DNA from: Neocallimastix sp. 'constans'
Taxonomy: Eukaryota
DNA length: 64,000 nucleotides
NCBI GenBank assembly: GCA_050613775.1
Contig: JBODTK010000137.1
Coordinates: 186,001-250,000, forward strand
Reading direction: 5' to 3'
A program made the translations under genes and the position numbers. The notes beneath the pieces were generated by a model. The model saw only the letters and a program-made list of their open reading frames with translations, had not been told where the DNA came from and did not search any database. Below are positions 62,483-64,000 of the stretch, one piece after another (position 1 is the stretch's first letter; every line of letters begins with the position of its first letter).

Positions 62483-64000
62483 TTAATCGGTCATATCATC
62501 AGGTCTATTATTATATATAAATAAAAAGTTACATTAAAAATTAAATTAATATTATTAAAAGCAAATTAATATATTTCAATATTTTCAAATATTATATAAT
62601 TCTTTTATAAAAAAAAATTAAAATAAAACTAAATAATTACTGATCATGTGGTTTAACCATTCCAGGAATACTCATAGCGTGTGCAAATTCGGCCTTTCTC
62701 TTTTCTTCTGCTTCAGCTTCACGTTCATCAAGATAAAGATCACTATTATCACCAGCAAATTCCTTTAAACATATTTTTATTAATAATTAAACATTAATAA
62801 TAATTTTTAGAATAAAATAGTGAATTTCAGAAATATTATTAAAAATTATTATTATTATTGTAAATTATTATTATATTATTATTACCTTTAATTGAATAAG
62901 GAAATCTCTAATATGTAATTTGAACTTGACAAAGTCCATATTTGTACTAAATAACACTGTAACAAATTGTTCAATTTGAATTCTAAAAAAAAATTTAAAA
63001 AATTAATATAATTCTAAAATATATAGTATATATTAAATTTTATTAAATATTTACTGTTGAAGATGTGGGAATGCATTTCTTAATAAATTAGTAACATATT
63101 CCCTTAAAAATTCAGAGTTAGTCATGTTTGGATTTGATACTTGAGATGGATTATATAATGGGGCTGTAATTTTATTTGTTTCAACAAGATAAAACATTTG
63201 TGCTAAAACCATACATTGAAGCTTAAATCCTTTATAATCATTACAGTATTAATATATATATTTCAAAATTCAAAATAAATATTAATATAAATAAATAAAA
63301 AATAAAATATTATATATATAAAAATATGTTGATAAAATTTCATAATAATGAAAATAGCAATTAATTTTATTAATTAAAAGAATAATTAACTAATATTTTA
63401 ATGATAGATAAATTAAAATATATAATTTTATTTACCAGCTTTGTGATCAGTATCAGTAAGAACATAAAATATATCTTGCAAAATATTTAAGAAGTAAGTT
63501 TGATAGAATGCATTAGCAATATTACTATCAGTTTTTGAGAAATTAGTTAATAATTCTAAACAAATAGAAAGACCAATATCTGCAATATTTCTCATAGTAT
63601 GCTTAAATGCCCATACAATACTATCCATAATTAATTTGAACATTTGTGGTGAAAGTTGAAGAAGAGCTGGGAAGCAATGTTGATTAATAGCACGAATTAA
63701 TCTAAAGAAACCATCACGGTGTTCCGGGTATTCAGAAAAGTCCTTATTAATCATGTTTAATGTACATTCAAATACATGTTGTAAAATAGCAGGCACTTGT
63801 TCTGTAATTAATTTTCCCATTTTACCAACAATACTAGCCATAACACTTAAAACTTCTGCATCCCTAGCTGGTTCAACATTTCTTTCATAATCACCAAGAA
63901 CATGTTCTAAAAGTGGTGGAATTATATTTTGCATAACTAATGGAAGATCTTCAGCTTTAGTAATATAAGTTTCACTAAGTTTTAAAATTTCTTTTTTAAT
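62483..64000 (-). CDS. CRM1: Exportin-1, 3' part; exons >64000-63436, 63229-63055, 62982-62886, 62762-62641, 62504-62483
   Basis: CRM1 C-terminal motifs VLGDY.RNV..ARDAEVL, CTL.MI.KDFSEYPEHR, WAFKH.MRN, LTDTDHKAGF and LRDFLIQLKEFAG-like IRDFLIQLKEFAG. All introns are in phase. Confidence 0.96.

Overview
Very AT-rich eukaryotic DNA with GT-AG introns. The CotH-dockerin and CBM18-serpin proteins and the composition point to an anaerobic gut fungus (Neocallimastigomycota; inference). I reconstructed eight protein-coding genes by hand: a Q-rich hypothetical protein, CotH with 2 dockerins, an intronless aldo/keto reductase, a large N-rich protein, a secreted 5x CBM18-serpin fusion, an Rds2/AcuM-type Zn2Cys6 factor, a FYVE protein, and the 3' end of CRM1/XPO1. 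There is also an ankyrin pseudogene. The intergenic DNA holds decayed Ty1/Copia and Ty3/Gypsy remnants, MITEs and satellites. Two signals stand out. (1) Six copies of a short, GC/CpG-rich, hairpin-rich, poly(A)-tailed retroposon family share a CGTCGACGCCG-N5-GTATGGCA-like core and mostly a (C)AGTCTA(A)n end; two copies have clear TSDs and are 62/62 identical over their 3' ends. (2) Three Copia remnants begin with GATTAAGAGTCTCA, the complement of the tRNA-Lys(CUU) anticodon arm, suggesting priming by a tRNA-Lys half. All alignments and folds were done by eye; no databases were searched.
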